Source of the DNA: an uncultured Phycisphaeraceae bacterium | GTDB lineage: Bacteria; Planctomycetota; Phycisphaerae; UBA1845 | DNA length: 64,000 nucleotides | Direction of reading: 5' to 3' | NCBI GenBank assembly: GCA_964526695.1 | Contig: CAZGJA010000091.1 | Coordinates: 82,036 to 146,035 of the forward strand | Shown: positions 50,892 to 60,063 of the stretch, piece after piece | Layout of the letters: each line of letters starts with the position of its first letter | How positions within the stretch are numbered: position 1 is the stretch's first letter | Notes under the pieces: generated by a model | Told to the model about the DNA's origin: nothing | Seen by the model: only the letters and a program-made list of their open reading frames with translations | The model's database searches: none | Translations under genes and position numbers: made by a program

Positions 50892-52652
50892 TTGACCTCC
50901 GGCCGCGGCACGCCTAATAATCAGCAACGACAACCCCCTTTTGCATCGAGCGCGCCGGCCAGGGAAGGACGAGTGTCCGTGGGTTGGACAACGAGACTGC
51001 GCGCCGGGTGCGCGTTGCTGCTTTGCTTGACCGCGTGGGGGCTTACCAGGGCCGCCTCGCGTCAGGAGGGGTCCGCGCCACCCTCGCCGCTGGGACCGTC
51101 AGAATCCGCCGCCTGCCAGCCTGAATGGAACGCCGAGCAAGCTCAGTCGAACGCTCATCTGCCTGCACTGAACGTCGATCAGACTCCACCGAACGCCGAT
51201 CAGCCTCCATCGAATGCCCAGCAGCCCCCCTCGAGCGCCAAGGAGCCTGGGCTCAGCGACAAGAAAGCCGGCCCGGCCTCGGCGCGGCTGAACCTGCTGG
51301 TCGTCACGATCGACACGCTGCGGGCCGACCACCTCGGCTGCTACGGCTACTTCCGCGACACTTCGCCGACGATCGACGCCCTCGCGCGCGATTCCACCCT
51401 GTTTACGCGCTGCCTCGTGCCCGTGGCGCAGACGCTGCCCAGCCATCTCTCGCTGATGACCGGCGTCTATCCCCTCGAGCACGGCGTCATTTCCAACCTC
51501 GAAAAACCCGGCGGGCAGAACTACAGCTCCACGCCGCAGCTTCGCACGCTGGCCGAGTTCCTGCACGAGCAAGGCTACCGCACCGCCGGCTTCGTCAGCG
51601 CCACGCCGCTGAAGCGCGAGTCGGGCATCGCTTCAGGCTTCGATCACTTCAGTCAGCCGGACCACGCGCGACGGCTCGGCGCGGAGACGACCGAGGCCGC
51701 GCTCGAGTGGCTCGGCGAGAAACCGGCCGAACCGTTCTTCGCATGGGTTCATTACTTCGATCCGCACGCGCCGTATGACGCGCCCTCGCCGTACGATCGC
51801 CAGTTCACAACGGACGAAAAGCTTGAGGCGCACCTGACGCAGCGGCAGGTTCCGGCCCGTGTTCAGAAGCAGCGCAGCGACAAGCGCGTTGTGCCGGAGG
51901 AGGACGCGTGGGACACGCGCAAGGCCGTCAACGGTTACGACGGCGAGATCCGCTACACGGACGAGCAGGTCAGGACGCTGCTGGCGCGGCTGCGCGAGGC
52001 GGGATTGAACGAGCGGACGCTGATCGTGCTGACGGGGGACCACGGCGAGGGGCTCGGGCAGCACGGAATCGTGATGCACGACGCGATCTGGGATGAGCAG
52101 CTTCACGTGCCGCTGATCATCCACGTTCCGGGCCGCTCCGCGCAGCGCGTGACGGCGGCGATGCGTTCCATCGACATCCTGCCGACCGTGCTGGCGCTGA
52201 TGCCCGGCTTGCCCGCGGCGCCGTTCATCCAGCAGTGTCGCGGGTCCAACGCGCTGAACCGTACGGAGCCGGTCGATCTGTTCGCCCAGGAGCCGCAGGG
52301 TCGCCGCGACGCTCGCACGCTTGTTTCAGGCGAGTGGAAACTCGTCGTCGAGGACAAGGTCGCGCGGTTGTTTCACCTGCCGACGGATCCGTTCGAGCTG
52401 AAGGACGTGGCGAAAGAAAAACCGGAAGTGGCGGCGCAGCTCAAGCAGCGTCTGACGGAGCTGGTCGAGGGTCAGATAACCGCGGCGAAACGATATCTTG
52501 CGGCTCGCCCCGCGGCGCCGGGGGCGTCGGACGGAGCCAAGGATGCCAAGCGGCGCGAGGAATTGCACGGGCTGGGTTACCTCGAATCGGATGATGAAGA
52601 AGAGGCGGAGAGTGATTCGAAGAAGAAGAAACCATCTCGCGGCTCGCCTTGA
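50892..52652 (+). CDS. Sulfatase-fold (alkaline-phosphatase superfamily) enzyme lacking the FGly motif (TLPSH instead of C/SxPxR). Secreted. Lys-rich acidic tail.
   Basis: LLVVTIDTLRADHLGCYGY and QTLPSHLSLMTG. The signal peptide begins near GTG 50973 (GGAAGGA SD). The C-terminus is DDEEEAESDSKKKKPSRGSP. Confidence 0.8.
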   Translation: MTSGRGTPNNQQRQPPFASSAPAREGRVSVGWTTRLRAGCALLLCLTAWGLTRAASRQEGSAPPSPLGPSESAACQPEWNAEQAQSNAHLPALNVDQTPPNADQPPSNAQQPPSSAKEPGLSDKKAGPASARLNLLVVTIDTLRADHLGCYGYFRDTSPTIDALARDSTLFTRCLVPVAQTLPSHLSLMTGVYPLEHGVISNLEKPGGQNYSSTPQLRTLAEFLHEQGYRTAGFVSATPLKRESGIASGFDHFSQPDHARRLGAETTEAALEWLGEKPAEPFFAWVHYFDPHAPYDAPSPYDRQFTTDEKLEAHLTQRQVPARVQKQRSDKRVVPEEDAWDTRKAVNGYDGEIRYTDEQVRTLLARLREAGLNERTLIVLTGDHGEGLGQHGIVMHDAIWDEQLHVPLIIHVPGRSAQRVTAAMRSIDILPTVLALMPGLPAAPFIQQCRGSNALNRTEPVDLFAQEPQGRRDARTLVSGEWKLVVEDKVARLFHLPTDPFELKDVAKEKPEVAAQLKQRLTELVEGQITAAKRYLAARPAAPGASDGAKDAKRREELHGLGYLESDDEEEAESDSKKKKPSRGSP

Positions 52653-52675
52653 CGGGCGCTTGGTAACCCTAGGGC

Positions 52676-52694
52676 ACCGGTTTCCAACCGGTGG
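52676..52694. repeat. Conserved GC hairpin element caccggtt-tcc-aaccggtg (family of 3)
   Basis: Perfect 8-bp stem with 3-nt loop. Copies at 54215..54232 and 59400..59419. A degenerate second hairpin is at 52700..52720. Confidence 0.6.
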
Positions 52695-52695
52695 A

Positions 52696-54141
52696 GTGGG
52701 GCACGGGTTTCCATCCCGTGCATGGCAGACCCTGCGCAGCCGCACAGGCATCCTCTGCCTGGTGCTGGCTCTCCTGCCCGCCCTCTGCCAGGCACAGACG
52801 ACACCCAGCGAAAAACCGCCGCTGAACTTCCTGCTGGTGTCCATCGACACGCTCCGGGCGGATCACGTCGGCGCCTACGGCTACTTCCGCGCCACGACGC
52901 CGGCGCTCGACGCGCTGGCGAAAGAAGGCATCCTCTTCGAGCGCTGCATCAGCCCGCTGGCGCGCACCACGCCGTCCCACGCCTCGCTGCTGACCGGGCT
53001 GTACCCCATCGAACATGGGCTGATCGACAACATCACGCACGAACGCAACCTGCTCGTCCTGTCCGACGACGTGGAGACCTACGCCGAGGCCGCGCGATCC
53101 GCGGGCTACCAGACGGCCGCGTTCATCAGCGCCGCGCCGGTCAAGCGTGAGACGGGTCTGTCCGCCGGCTTCGACGTGTGGGACGAGCCGGAGGCGAGCC
53201 AGCGCCGCGCCGACGAAACCAACGAGAAACTTCTGCCCTGGCTCGCCAAGGCGAAAGACGCGCCGTTCTTCGCCTGGGTCCACTACTTCGATCCGCACAC
53301 GCCGTATCGCCCGCCCGCGCCGTTCGACGGGATGTTCAAGAGCGACGACGCGCTGCGCGCTTACATGACGGAGCGGAAGTTCGCGGACAAGGCCGAGAAG
53401 CAACACGCAGAAGGCGACATCAAGGACGCGAAGGCGTGGGACAGCGAGGAGGCCATCAACCGCTACGACGGCGAAGTCCGCTACGTGGACGATCAATTCG
53501 CCCGCGTCGTGGCCGCGCTCAAGGAGGCCGGCGTGTGGGATCGCACGGTCGTCGTACTGAAGTCGGATCACGGCGAGGGTCTGGGGCAGCACGACTGGCC
53601 CAACCACGGCGGATTCTGGCGGGAGCAGTTGCACGTGCCGCTGATCATGCGCCTTCCCGGCGTCAGCGCTCGGCGCGAGCCTGCGCCGATTTCCACCGTG
53701 GACATCCTGCCCAAACTGCTCGCCATCTGCGATCGGCTCCCGAGGGCGAAGTTCTCCGCGCAAGCGTCGAGTCTGCCGTCGGACACCGCGGGCGTCATCT
53801 ACAGTCAGACGCCCGGAAACAGCGGCTCGACGATTCGCACGCTCACGAGCGAGCGCTGGCGACTGGTCCGTCGCCCCGGCAAGGGCGAGCTGCTGTTCGA
53901 TCTGTCCGCGGACCCCTTCGAGCTGAAGGACGTGGCGTCGTTGCACAAGGAAGAAGGGGCACGCCTGCGCAAGCAGCTCGATGCGATCGTCGCGGCGCAG
54001 TCGGAGAACGCGCGGCGATTCAAGCCCGCCCGAGCGGAACCCGCCCGCCGCCAGCGCGTCGATCAGCTCAAGGAGCTGGGGTACATCGAAACGGAAGGCG
54101 AATCGCAAGAAGAGGAGGAAGCGGGAAAGAAGAAGCCTTGA
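52696..54141 (+). CDS. Second sulfatase-fold enzyme (tandem paralog, TTPSH at the nucleophile position). The start is uncertain.
   Basis: FLLVSIDTLRADHVGAYGY and RTTPSHASLLTG. Signal-like ILCLVLALLPALCQAQ. Candidate starts are GTG 52696 or ATG 52591, which overlaps the upstream gene. Acidic-Lys tail EEEEAGKKKP. Confidence 0.7.
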   Translation: MGHGFPSRAWQTLRSRTGILCLVLALLPALCQAQTTPSEKPPLNFLLVSIDTLRADHVGAYGYFRATTPALDALAKEGILFERCISPLARTTPSHASLLTGLYPIEHGLIDNITHERNLLVLSDDVETYAEAARSAGYQTAAFISAAPVKRETGLSAGFDVWDEPEASQRRADETNEKLLPWLAKAKDAPFFAWVHYFDPHTPYRPPAPFDGMFKSDDALRAYMTERKFADKAEKQHAEGDIKDAKAWDSEEAINRYDGEVRYVDDQFARVVAALKEAGVWDRTVVVLKSDHGEGLGQHDWPNHGGFWREQLHVPLIMRLPGVSARREPAPISTVDILPKLLAICDRLPRAKFSAQASSLPSDTAGVIYSQTPGNSGSTIRTLTSERWRLVRRPGKGELLFDLSADPFELKDVASLHKEEGARLRKQLDAIVAAQSENARRFKPARAEPARRQRVDQLKELGYIETEGESQEEEEAGKKKP

Positions 54142-54368
54142 GAAGTTTCTGCAACGCCGTGCGGCGCCGGCTCCCAACGGATCGCTGCAGCACAGGTTCT
54201 GAAGCGGGTGTGGCGCCGGTTTTCAACCGGTGACTGGCCCACGAGTTCTTCCACCTGTGCAAGGCAGAATCCTGGCGTTCGCTGATGCATGGAGCAGGCG
54301 GCTCACGGCGCCGTCCGATCGAATACGAATCGGAGATTCTCGCAGCTGGCGGCTTCCGGCAACACGAC

Positions 54369-57317
54369 ATGGCCACGTCCGACGACAACTCGAGCATCGA
54401 CGCCAACGCCGTCGGGGCGGACGACGCTTCTGCTCGCACCGCATTCGTCGTCTCGCGCGCAGCGGTGGGTTGCGCCTGCGCATCCGCGGTTGCGGCGGTC
54501 GTTTTCGTGGTCTCGCTCCTCGTGCTCCTGGAATGGCCCACCACGCAAAACATGCGCACCGCGGACGACCGGTTCGCGGCCATCAGCCTCCTCAGGGGCG
54601 AGCCCCTCATCACCGCCAAGGGGGAGAAGTACGGCAAGACGCCGCCCATCTACCCGGTTGCGCTGGCAGGGTTGCGCCTGCTCGGCTTTGAGTGGTGGAC
54701 GTGCGTGGGTCTGATCAATGCGCTGGCGTTCGCCGCGGGCGTGCTCGCCGTTCACGGGCTGGCGAGGCTCCTGGGCCTGCGCACCAGTCGCTGGCTTGTC
54801 CTGGCGTACCTTTGCTTCGGCCCCATCTATTACATGTTCCGTGAGGCGAGACCCGACATCATCTTCGCCGTCTGCGGGATCGGCGGCGTGGCGCTGGCGA
54901 CGGCGTATGCGCATCGACGCACCCTGCCGCTGCTGCTGGCGCTGGCGGTCATTTGCAGCCTCGCGGCGTTGAGCCGGTACATGGCGATCCTCACGCTGCT
55001 TCCGCTCGCGGGGGTGGTGATCCTGCTGGCGCGCCACGGCTCCTGGTCGCGCAAGGCCGCGCACGTGGCGCTCTTCTGCCTCATCGCGGGCGGTCCGATC
55101 GTCGGCTGGCTCATCCGCACAGAGAGAGTAACACAGCATTACACAGGCATGGACCGCTGGCGCGACCGCAAGCCGGCCGACGAAACGCTGACCACATTCG
55201 ACAACAACGTACGGTTCATGGCGCGGGCGTTCTACATCGACTTCCTGGCATGGGAGGACTTCGCGCAGCTCAACGTATTGAAGGGGACTCACGAGATCGA
55301 GCACGAAGGTGTGGTAGTTCTCATAACGTGCGCCCTGGTCTTGATCCTGGCGGGCATCGCGGTCGCTCGCCGCCGTGCCGTCCGCAACAAGCTCCGAGCG
55401 TGGCTCCTGCGATCAGGACGACCGCGAACGGCGCTGCTCATCACCGCGGCCTACATCCTGCTCTACCAGGCCATGATGCTCGTCTTGTGGACCGTCGGCA
55501 ACAACGACCCGATCGACTGCCGGTTCCTGGCGCCTTCGTACTTCCTGCTCGTCGTTCTCGGCGCAACGCTGCTGACGGTCCTCTGGCGTGCCGGGCCGGG
55601 GCTGCTGTCGCGCGGAGCGGTCGTCGCGGCCGCAGCCGGTTTCCTGACGCTCCAGACGTGGAAGACCGCCGCCACGTGGGAAATCGTCAGCGACAACTCC
55701 GCCAGCCCCTGGGTAGAGGATCCGGATCAGTTCCTGGAGGCCATGGGCAAGAAGGGAATTGAGGCTCGCATCGAAGATCGTCTCGCCGAGCGCGGACGGA
55801 CGAAAGGCATCCCGGCCAGAATGCAAAAGCGCCTTGAGAACAGGGGCAAGGTTCTCGATCCCACAGAGCAGAAGACGGATCGGGTGCAGGAACTCGCCGA
55901 GCGGATAAGGAACGACCCGACGCGAAAACAGAAGCCGCCCGAACAGGTCAAAGCCGACACGGGCAAGAATCGCGAGGCGCTCATGGCGGAGCGCCGCCGA
56001 CGGCGCGAGGCTGAAGCCGAAAAAAAACAGCGCGATAGCGCCGCTGGCGACGGGGAGCCCGATGCGATTCAGGCTGATGCCGAGGGGCAACCTGCGGAGC
56101 CGCCCACGTCGCTTCCGCCGCTGGAGTACGTCCGCCTCTCGCCGCCATCCCATTGGACGCCCTACGTCCCGGCGACACCCCTCCCAACGCTCCTCGCCGC
56201 CTTCCATCTCGGCGAAGCGCAGCGGGGCAAGGACCGGGGCTTTGTTCAAGTGTTTCAGATGGAGTCCCGTTCCAACGCCGATCCCGATCCGTTCAAGCCG
56301 TGGCTTGCGGGATTCGTGGGTGAGGAGGAGGGCGAGCGGTTTACGCCGACCAGCACGGCGCTGAGAATCCACGGCATCCCGGTGCGCATGGTGGAGCTGA
56401 CGGGCAAGTTCCGCTCGGATGATCCTGAGAATCCACAAGGCACTTGCTCGTTGATCGCGGCGGAATTCCGCCATCCCCGCGCGACGGTGGTCGTGGTGGC
56501 GCTCGGCCCTCGCAAGATCGTTGCCGACGAGCAGGACGTGATCGTGGCCTACCTGATGAGCGCCGAGAGCTTGGAACCGATCGCGCCGCCGCCGCCGCCG
56601 CCGACGGACGAAGCGTCTGCTGATGACCAGCCGGAAGATCCCTCGCCCGCTGAAACGCCGGACGGCGCTCCTTCCGTCGTGGCGCCGGTCGATGAACCCG
56701 CGGTCGAGGCGCCGCCGCCCGCCGCCGCCGCCGGGCCGGAACCGCCGGGCGCTTCGACAGATGATCCACCCGCCGATGACGGGCCCCTGAGCCGGTCGGT
56801 CACCTTTGCATTCGAGCCTCCCTGGGAAGTGTATGCCCCGAAGAACGCCGGCGACGGCTTTCGTCAGGGTTTCTTCCTTGACCCTCAGGACCGGACGCGT
56901 GCTTCGGCCAAGCTCGTGGTGACCCATATCCCCACGCATTCGCCCGATCACGCGGCGCAGATCGCCCGGTGGTTGAAGGACTTCACCGTGCTGGAAAAGC
57001 ACGTGGTGCATGATGCGCCGACGCCCGCGCGGGGGCGCATCGGCCTCCCGGTGGCGATTGTCGAAGCAGCCGGCACGTATGCGCCGCCGACGTGGGCGAC
57101 GCCCGTGCCCGACTACTTCTTGATCGGCGCCGTGATCGTCCTGCGGGATGGGATGTACACGGTCAAAGCCACGGGACCGCGGACTCAGATCGAGGCGCAG
57201 CGCGCGAAGATTCTGGCATTCATTGGGAGCGGACGCGGCGACGCCGGCGAAGGCGCCCTCATCCCGGAAGCAGTGAAACCCGCGCAGGAACCGCCGCACG
57301 ACGCGCCTCAGAAGTGA
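54369..57317 (+). CDS. GT39/GT83 (ArnT/PMT-like) membrane glycosyltransferase with about 550-aa C-terminal extension
   Basis: GEKYGKTPPIYPVALAGL with multiple TM helices is ArnT-like. The extension has a KR/E charged helix, a PPPPPP segment and an acidic Pro/Ala low-complexity region, then a globular C-domain. The start is ATG 54369 or 54285. Confidence 0.65.
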   Translation: MATSDDNSSIDANAVGADDASARTAFVVSRAAVGCACASAVAAVVFVVSLLVLLEWPTTQNMRTADDRFAAISLLRGEPLITAKGEKYGKTPPIYPVALAGLRLLGFEWWTCVGLINALAFAAGVLAVHGLARLLGLRTSRWLVLAYLCFGPIYYMFREARPDIIFAVCGIGGVALATAYAHRRTLPLLLALAVICSLAALSRYMAILTLLPLAGVVILLARHGSWSRKAAHVALFCLIAGGPIVGWLIRTERVTQHYTGMDRWRDRKPADETLTTFDNNVRFMARAFYIDFLAWEDFAQLNVLKGTHEIEHEGVVVLITCALVLILAGIAVARRRAVRNKLRAWLLRSGRPRTALLITAAYILLYQAMMLVLWTVGNNDPIDCRFLAPSYFLLVVLGATLLTVLWRAGPGLLSRGAVVAAAAGFLTLQTWKTAATWEIVSDNSASPWVEDPDQFLEAMGKKGIEARIEDRLAERGRTKGIPARMQKRLENRGKVLDPTEQKTDRVQELAERIRNDPTRKQKPPEQVKADTGKNREALMAERRRRREAEAEKKQRDSAAGDGEPDAIQADAEGQPAEPPTSLPPLEYVRLSPPSHWTPYVPATPLPTLLAAFHLGEAQRGKDRGFVQVFQMESRSNADPDPFKPWLAGFVGEEEGERFTPTSTALRIHGIPVRMVELTGKFRSDDPENPQGTCSLIAAEFRHPRATVVVVALGPRKIVADEQDVIVAYLMSAESLEPIAPPPPPPTDEASADDQPEDPSPAETPDGAPSVVAPVDEPAVEAPPPAAAAGPEPPGASTDDPPADDGPLSRSVTFAFEPPWEVYAPKNAGDGFRQGFFLDPQDRTRASAKLVVTHIPTHSPDHAAQIARWLKDFTVLEKHVVHDAPTPARGRIGLPVAIVEAAGTYAPPTWATPVPDYFLIGAVIVLRDGMYTVKATGPRTQIEAQRAKILAFIGSGRGDAGEGALIPEAVKPAQEPPHDAPQK

Positions 57318-57403
57318 ACTCCCGGCGAAGACGCAAGCCTGTCCCGCCGGGACGACCCAAAGTCGTCGGTGGACCGCGTCTCCACGCCGGTTCCCTGGCT
57401 GGA

Positions 57404-57859
57404 ATGTACCGTGTTCACCTGGTCGTCGCCCGGACTGCGTCTGTCCCCGCCGAACCCGACCCGGATTTCCGACTCGACTCCATCCTCGCCGCCGACCGTG
57501 ACGACCGCATCGGCGTTGAGATCGCACTCTGCCGCCCGGAGGGGCTGTGCGGGACGTGGGATGAGAGCGTCCAGAAGTGGCTCAAGTCGTTTTCGCCTTC
57601 GCGCGGCGAAACGTCCGTGCTCATCGCGCAGGAGGATCTGCTCATGGACGACCTGCCCGTGCTGCTGGTGGAAGTCGTCGGCGATTACCGGGCCGGCAAC
57701 GCCGATGAGCCGGAACGGGACACGGCGATGATCCTCGCGCAGATCGTCCACCCCCAGGCGACGTATCATCTTCGCGCCATGGGTCCCGCGAAGTTCGTGC
57801 TGAGCGAGCGGGAGAACATCCTGGAGTTCCTCCGCAGCCTGCGACAAACGGACCCGTGA
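57404..57859 (+). CDS. Hypothetical protein (151 aa)
   Basis: Internal ATG 57404 of ORF 57092..57859. The upstream part of the ORF is Arg-rich and overlaps the GT gene. Confidence 0.35.
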   Translation: MYRVHLVVARTASVPAEPDPDFRLDSILAADRDDRIGVEIALCRPEGLCGTWDESVQKWLKSFSPSRGETSVLIAQEDLLMDDLPVLLVEVVGDYRAGNADEPERDTAMILAQIVHPQATYHLRAMGPAKFVLSERENILEFLRSLRQTDP

Positions 57860-57920
57860 GGGTCCGTACACGCATGGCGCACGGCTCCGATTCCTCGTGG
57901 AGGTTTCCTCGCTCGCCAGC

Positions 57921-57955
57921 GGGTGGCACGGTCTGGCGTACTCGCCAGGCCGTGG
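57921..57955. repeat. REP-like dispersed palindromic element copy
   Basis: gggtggcacggtctggcgtactcgccaggccgtgg. Core hairpin ctggcg-tact-cgccag. Confidence 0.7.
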
Positions 57956-58120
57956 GGAACGAGTAGCCAACGCCGGTTCGCGCCCTACATGGGTACGCTG
58001 CTGCGGACCCGTGCCGCGCGCCGGTTCGGCCACCCTCGGAATGCGACGGCCTTGACCTCTGACGGTCCGCAGGTGCGCATCGCTTGACGCCGCCCACGCG
58101 CGCCCGGACTATGATCCCCC

Positions 58121-59191
58121 ATGCGTTACGCCCTCATCATGGCCGGTGGAGCGGGGTCGCGGCTGTGGCCTTTGAGCCGGCGGCAGCGACCCAAGCAGTG
58201 GCTGCGCCTGTTCGGCGGCAAGAGCCTGCTGCGCCAGTCCTTCGAGCGCGCCGCCGCCATCCTGCCCGTCGAGGCGATCCACGTCATCACCAGCGACGCG
58301 CTCATCGATCTCACCGCCGAGGAGCTGCCCGAGCTGCCGCGGGAAAACCTCATCGGCGAGCCGATGGGGCGCGACACCGTCAACGCCATCGGGCTGGGGG
58401 CGGCCGTTCTGGTCGAGCGCGACCCGGACGCCACCATGGCCGTGTTCACTGGCGACCACGTCATCACGCCGATCGACCGCTTCGCGCACGCGGTGCGCAG
58501 CGCCTTCGACAGCATCGGCGAGCACCCGGAGGCGCTGGTCACCTTCGGCATCCGCCCGACCAGCCCGCACACCGGCTACGGCTACATCGCCCGAGGCGAG
58601 CGTCTGCGCGAGCGCGTCTTCCGCGTTCACGAGTTCGCGGAGAAACCCAACATCGCCGTCGCCACCAAGTACGTCTCCAGCGGGCTGTACTACTGGAACA
58701 GCGGGATGTTCGCCTGGCGCGCGGACGCGATCCTCGCGCAGCTCAAGAAGCACCTGCCGCACTCGCACGACGCGCTGCGCGAGCTGGGGCGTTGCTGGAA
58801 CACGCCGCAGCGCGCGGAGAAGCTTCGCCTTCTCTACCCGACGCTGATGAAGATCTCCGTGGACTTCGCCATCATGGAGCGCGCCGACGACGTCCTCGTC
58901 GTCGAGATGGACTGCAATTGGGTGGACGTGGGCGCGTGGACGGCGCTGGAATCGCTGATGGACAGCGATCCGCTGGGCAACGTCGCGGCCTGCAAGCACG
59001 CGATCACGCTCGGCTCGCGCGGCAACATCCTCGTGTCCGAGGACGACCACCTGATCGCCACCATCGGCGTGGACGACCTCGTGATCGTACACTCGCCGGA
59101 CGCCACGCTCATCTGCACCAAGCGCGACGCGCAGGGCATCAAGGAACTCGTCGACAAGCTCCGCAAGGACTTCGAGGGCCGGTTCCTCTGA
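58121..59191 (+). CDS. manC: Mannose-1-phosphate guanylyltransferase (GDP-mannose pyrophosphorylase)
   Basis: MRYALIMAGGAGSRLWPLS...KQW is the NTP-transferase signature, followed by a left-handed beta-helix C-domain. Confidence 0.85.
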   Translation: MRYALIMAGGAGSRLWPLSRRQRPKQWLRLFGGKSLLRQSFERAAAILPVEAIHVITSDALIDLTAEELPELPRENLIGEPMGRDTVNAIGLGAAVLVERDPDATMAVFTGDHVITPIDRFAHAVRSAFDSIGEHPEALVTFGIRPTSPHTGYGYIARGERLRERVFRVHEFAEKPNIAVATKYVSSGLYYWNSGMFAWRADAILAQLKKHLPHSHDALRELGRCWNTPQRAEKLRLLYPTLMKISVDFAIMERADDVLVVEMDCNWVDVGAWTALESLMDSDPLGNVAACKHAITLGSRGNILVSEDDHLIATIGVDDLVIVHSPDATLICTKRDAQGIKELVDKLRKDFEGRFL

Positions 59192-59200
59192 TCAGGCGAA

Positions 59201-59270
59201 CGAAACGTCGAAACGTCGAAACGCCGAAACGTCGAAACGTCGAAACGCCAAAACGCCAAAACGCCAAAAG
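59201..59270. repeat. Octanucleotide tandem repeat (cgaaacgt/cgaaacgc/caaaacgc), about 8.5 units
   Basis: cgaaacgt cgaaacgt cgaaacgc cgaaacgt cgaaacgt cgaaacgc caaaacgc caaaacgc caaaag, beginning 10 nt after the manC stop. Confidence 0.8.
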
Positions 59271-59581
59271 CGGCGGCGAGGCCGCAACCCCGCACGGAGC
59301 CGCGCCCATCAGGTCAAAGACTCGCCGTGGCGAGAGGCGTGGTGCACAGGGTGGCGCCGCTCCCCTACCAACCCCTCGCAAGGAAAACATCAACTGGGGG
59401 ACCGGCTTTCCAGCCGGTCAATGGTCGGAACCGACTGACGCCCGGCTCCTCATCTTTGTAGCCGCGCGGTCGCAGACGCACAAGGTCACTGCAAACCTCA
59501 TGCCAAAGCGCAAACCCCGCGGCACGCGGCAGTTGTTCCAATTCGTCGAATTGTTTGTAATCAGTGGCCGCCCGCCTGGTC

Positions 59582-59593
59582 TTGTGGTATAAT
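59582..59593 (+). promoter_or_regulatory. Extended -10 promoter (TGgTATAAT)
   Basis: cttgtggtataat at 59581..59593. The next plus-strand gene start is 470 nt downstream at 60064. Confidence 0.35.
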
Positions 59594-60063
59594 GTTCTCA
59601 TAGTTACTGCTGTGTGCCGAATGCCGGGGGCGACATGCCGCTCGGCAGCGGGGGAACCAGCGCGGCGCGGAGGGGCGACCTTTCGCATCGCAGGGGCGAA
59701 TCCCGGTGGACCGGGACGCTGAATCAGCGCAGCGAGCCCGTCAGCTTACCTCGCAGGCGAACGCTGGAGAATCTTCATGTTTATTGCCATTCCGCGCGGG
59801 CATGGCGCCCCGCAGGCCGCTCTCACTTTTCGCCACGATCAGGCCGTGCCCGGAGGATGATCCTTCGGGCCTGAGGGTTTCGCCGCGTGCCTTGTGCCGC
59901 GCCCGGTCCGTCGTTTCTCGCGATGGAAACGTCGTCCGCGCGGAATGATGTATGCGCGCGAGCTCTTCTGCCCTGACCGTCGCTTCGCATCCTCATGCGC
60001 GTAGAATGAAGTTCACCGCGGGCATCGGCGCCGCGGATTCACCATCGCATTGGAGACCCTTCC

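Noticed and set aside
52498-52695. Upstream extension of the second sulfatase-fold ORF (MRLAPRRRGRRTEP...)
   Set aside because: It overlaps the first gene's C-terminus and would give a roughly 70-aa pre-signal leader. A GTG at 52696 or a leaderless arrangement is more plausible, but the start remains unresolved.
55413-57527. 704-aa minus-strand ORF across the GT39 gene
   Set aside because: Arg-rich shadow of the glycosyltransferase.
59594-60063. tmRNA or other known structured ncRNA in the long flotillin leader (sequence begins gggggcgacatgccg...)
   Set aside because: No tRNA-like 3' end (T-arm/CCA) and no RNase P or SRP conserved boxes could be found by eye. This is left as an unexplained leader only.
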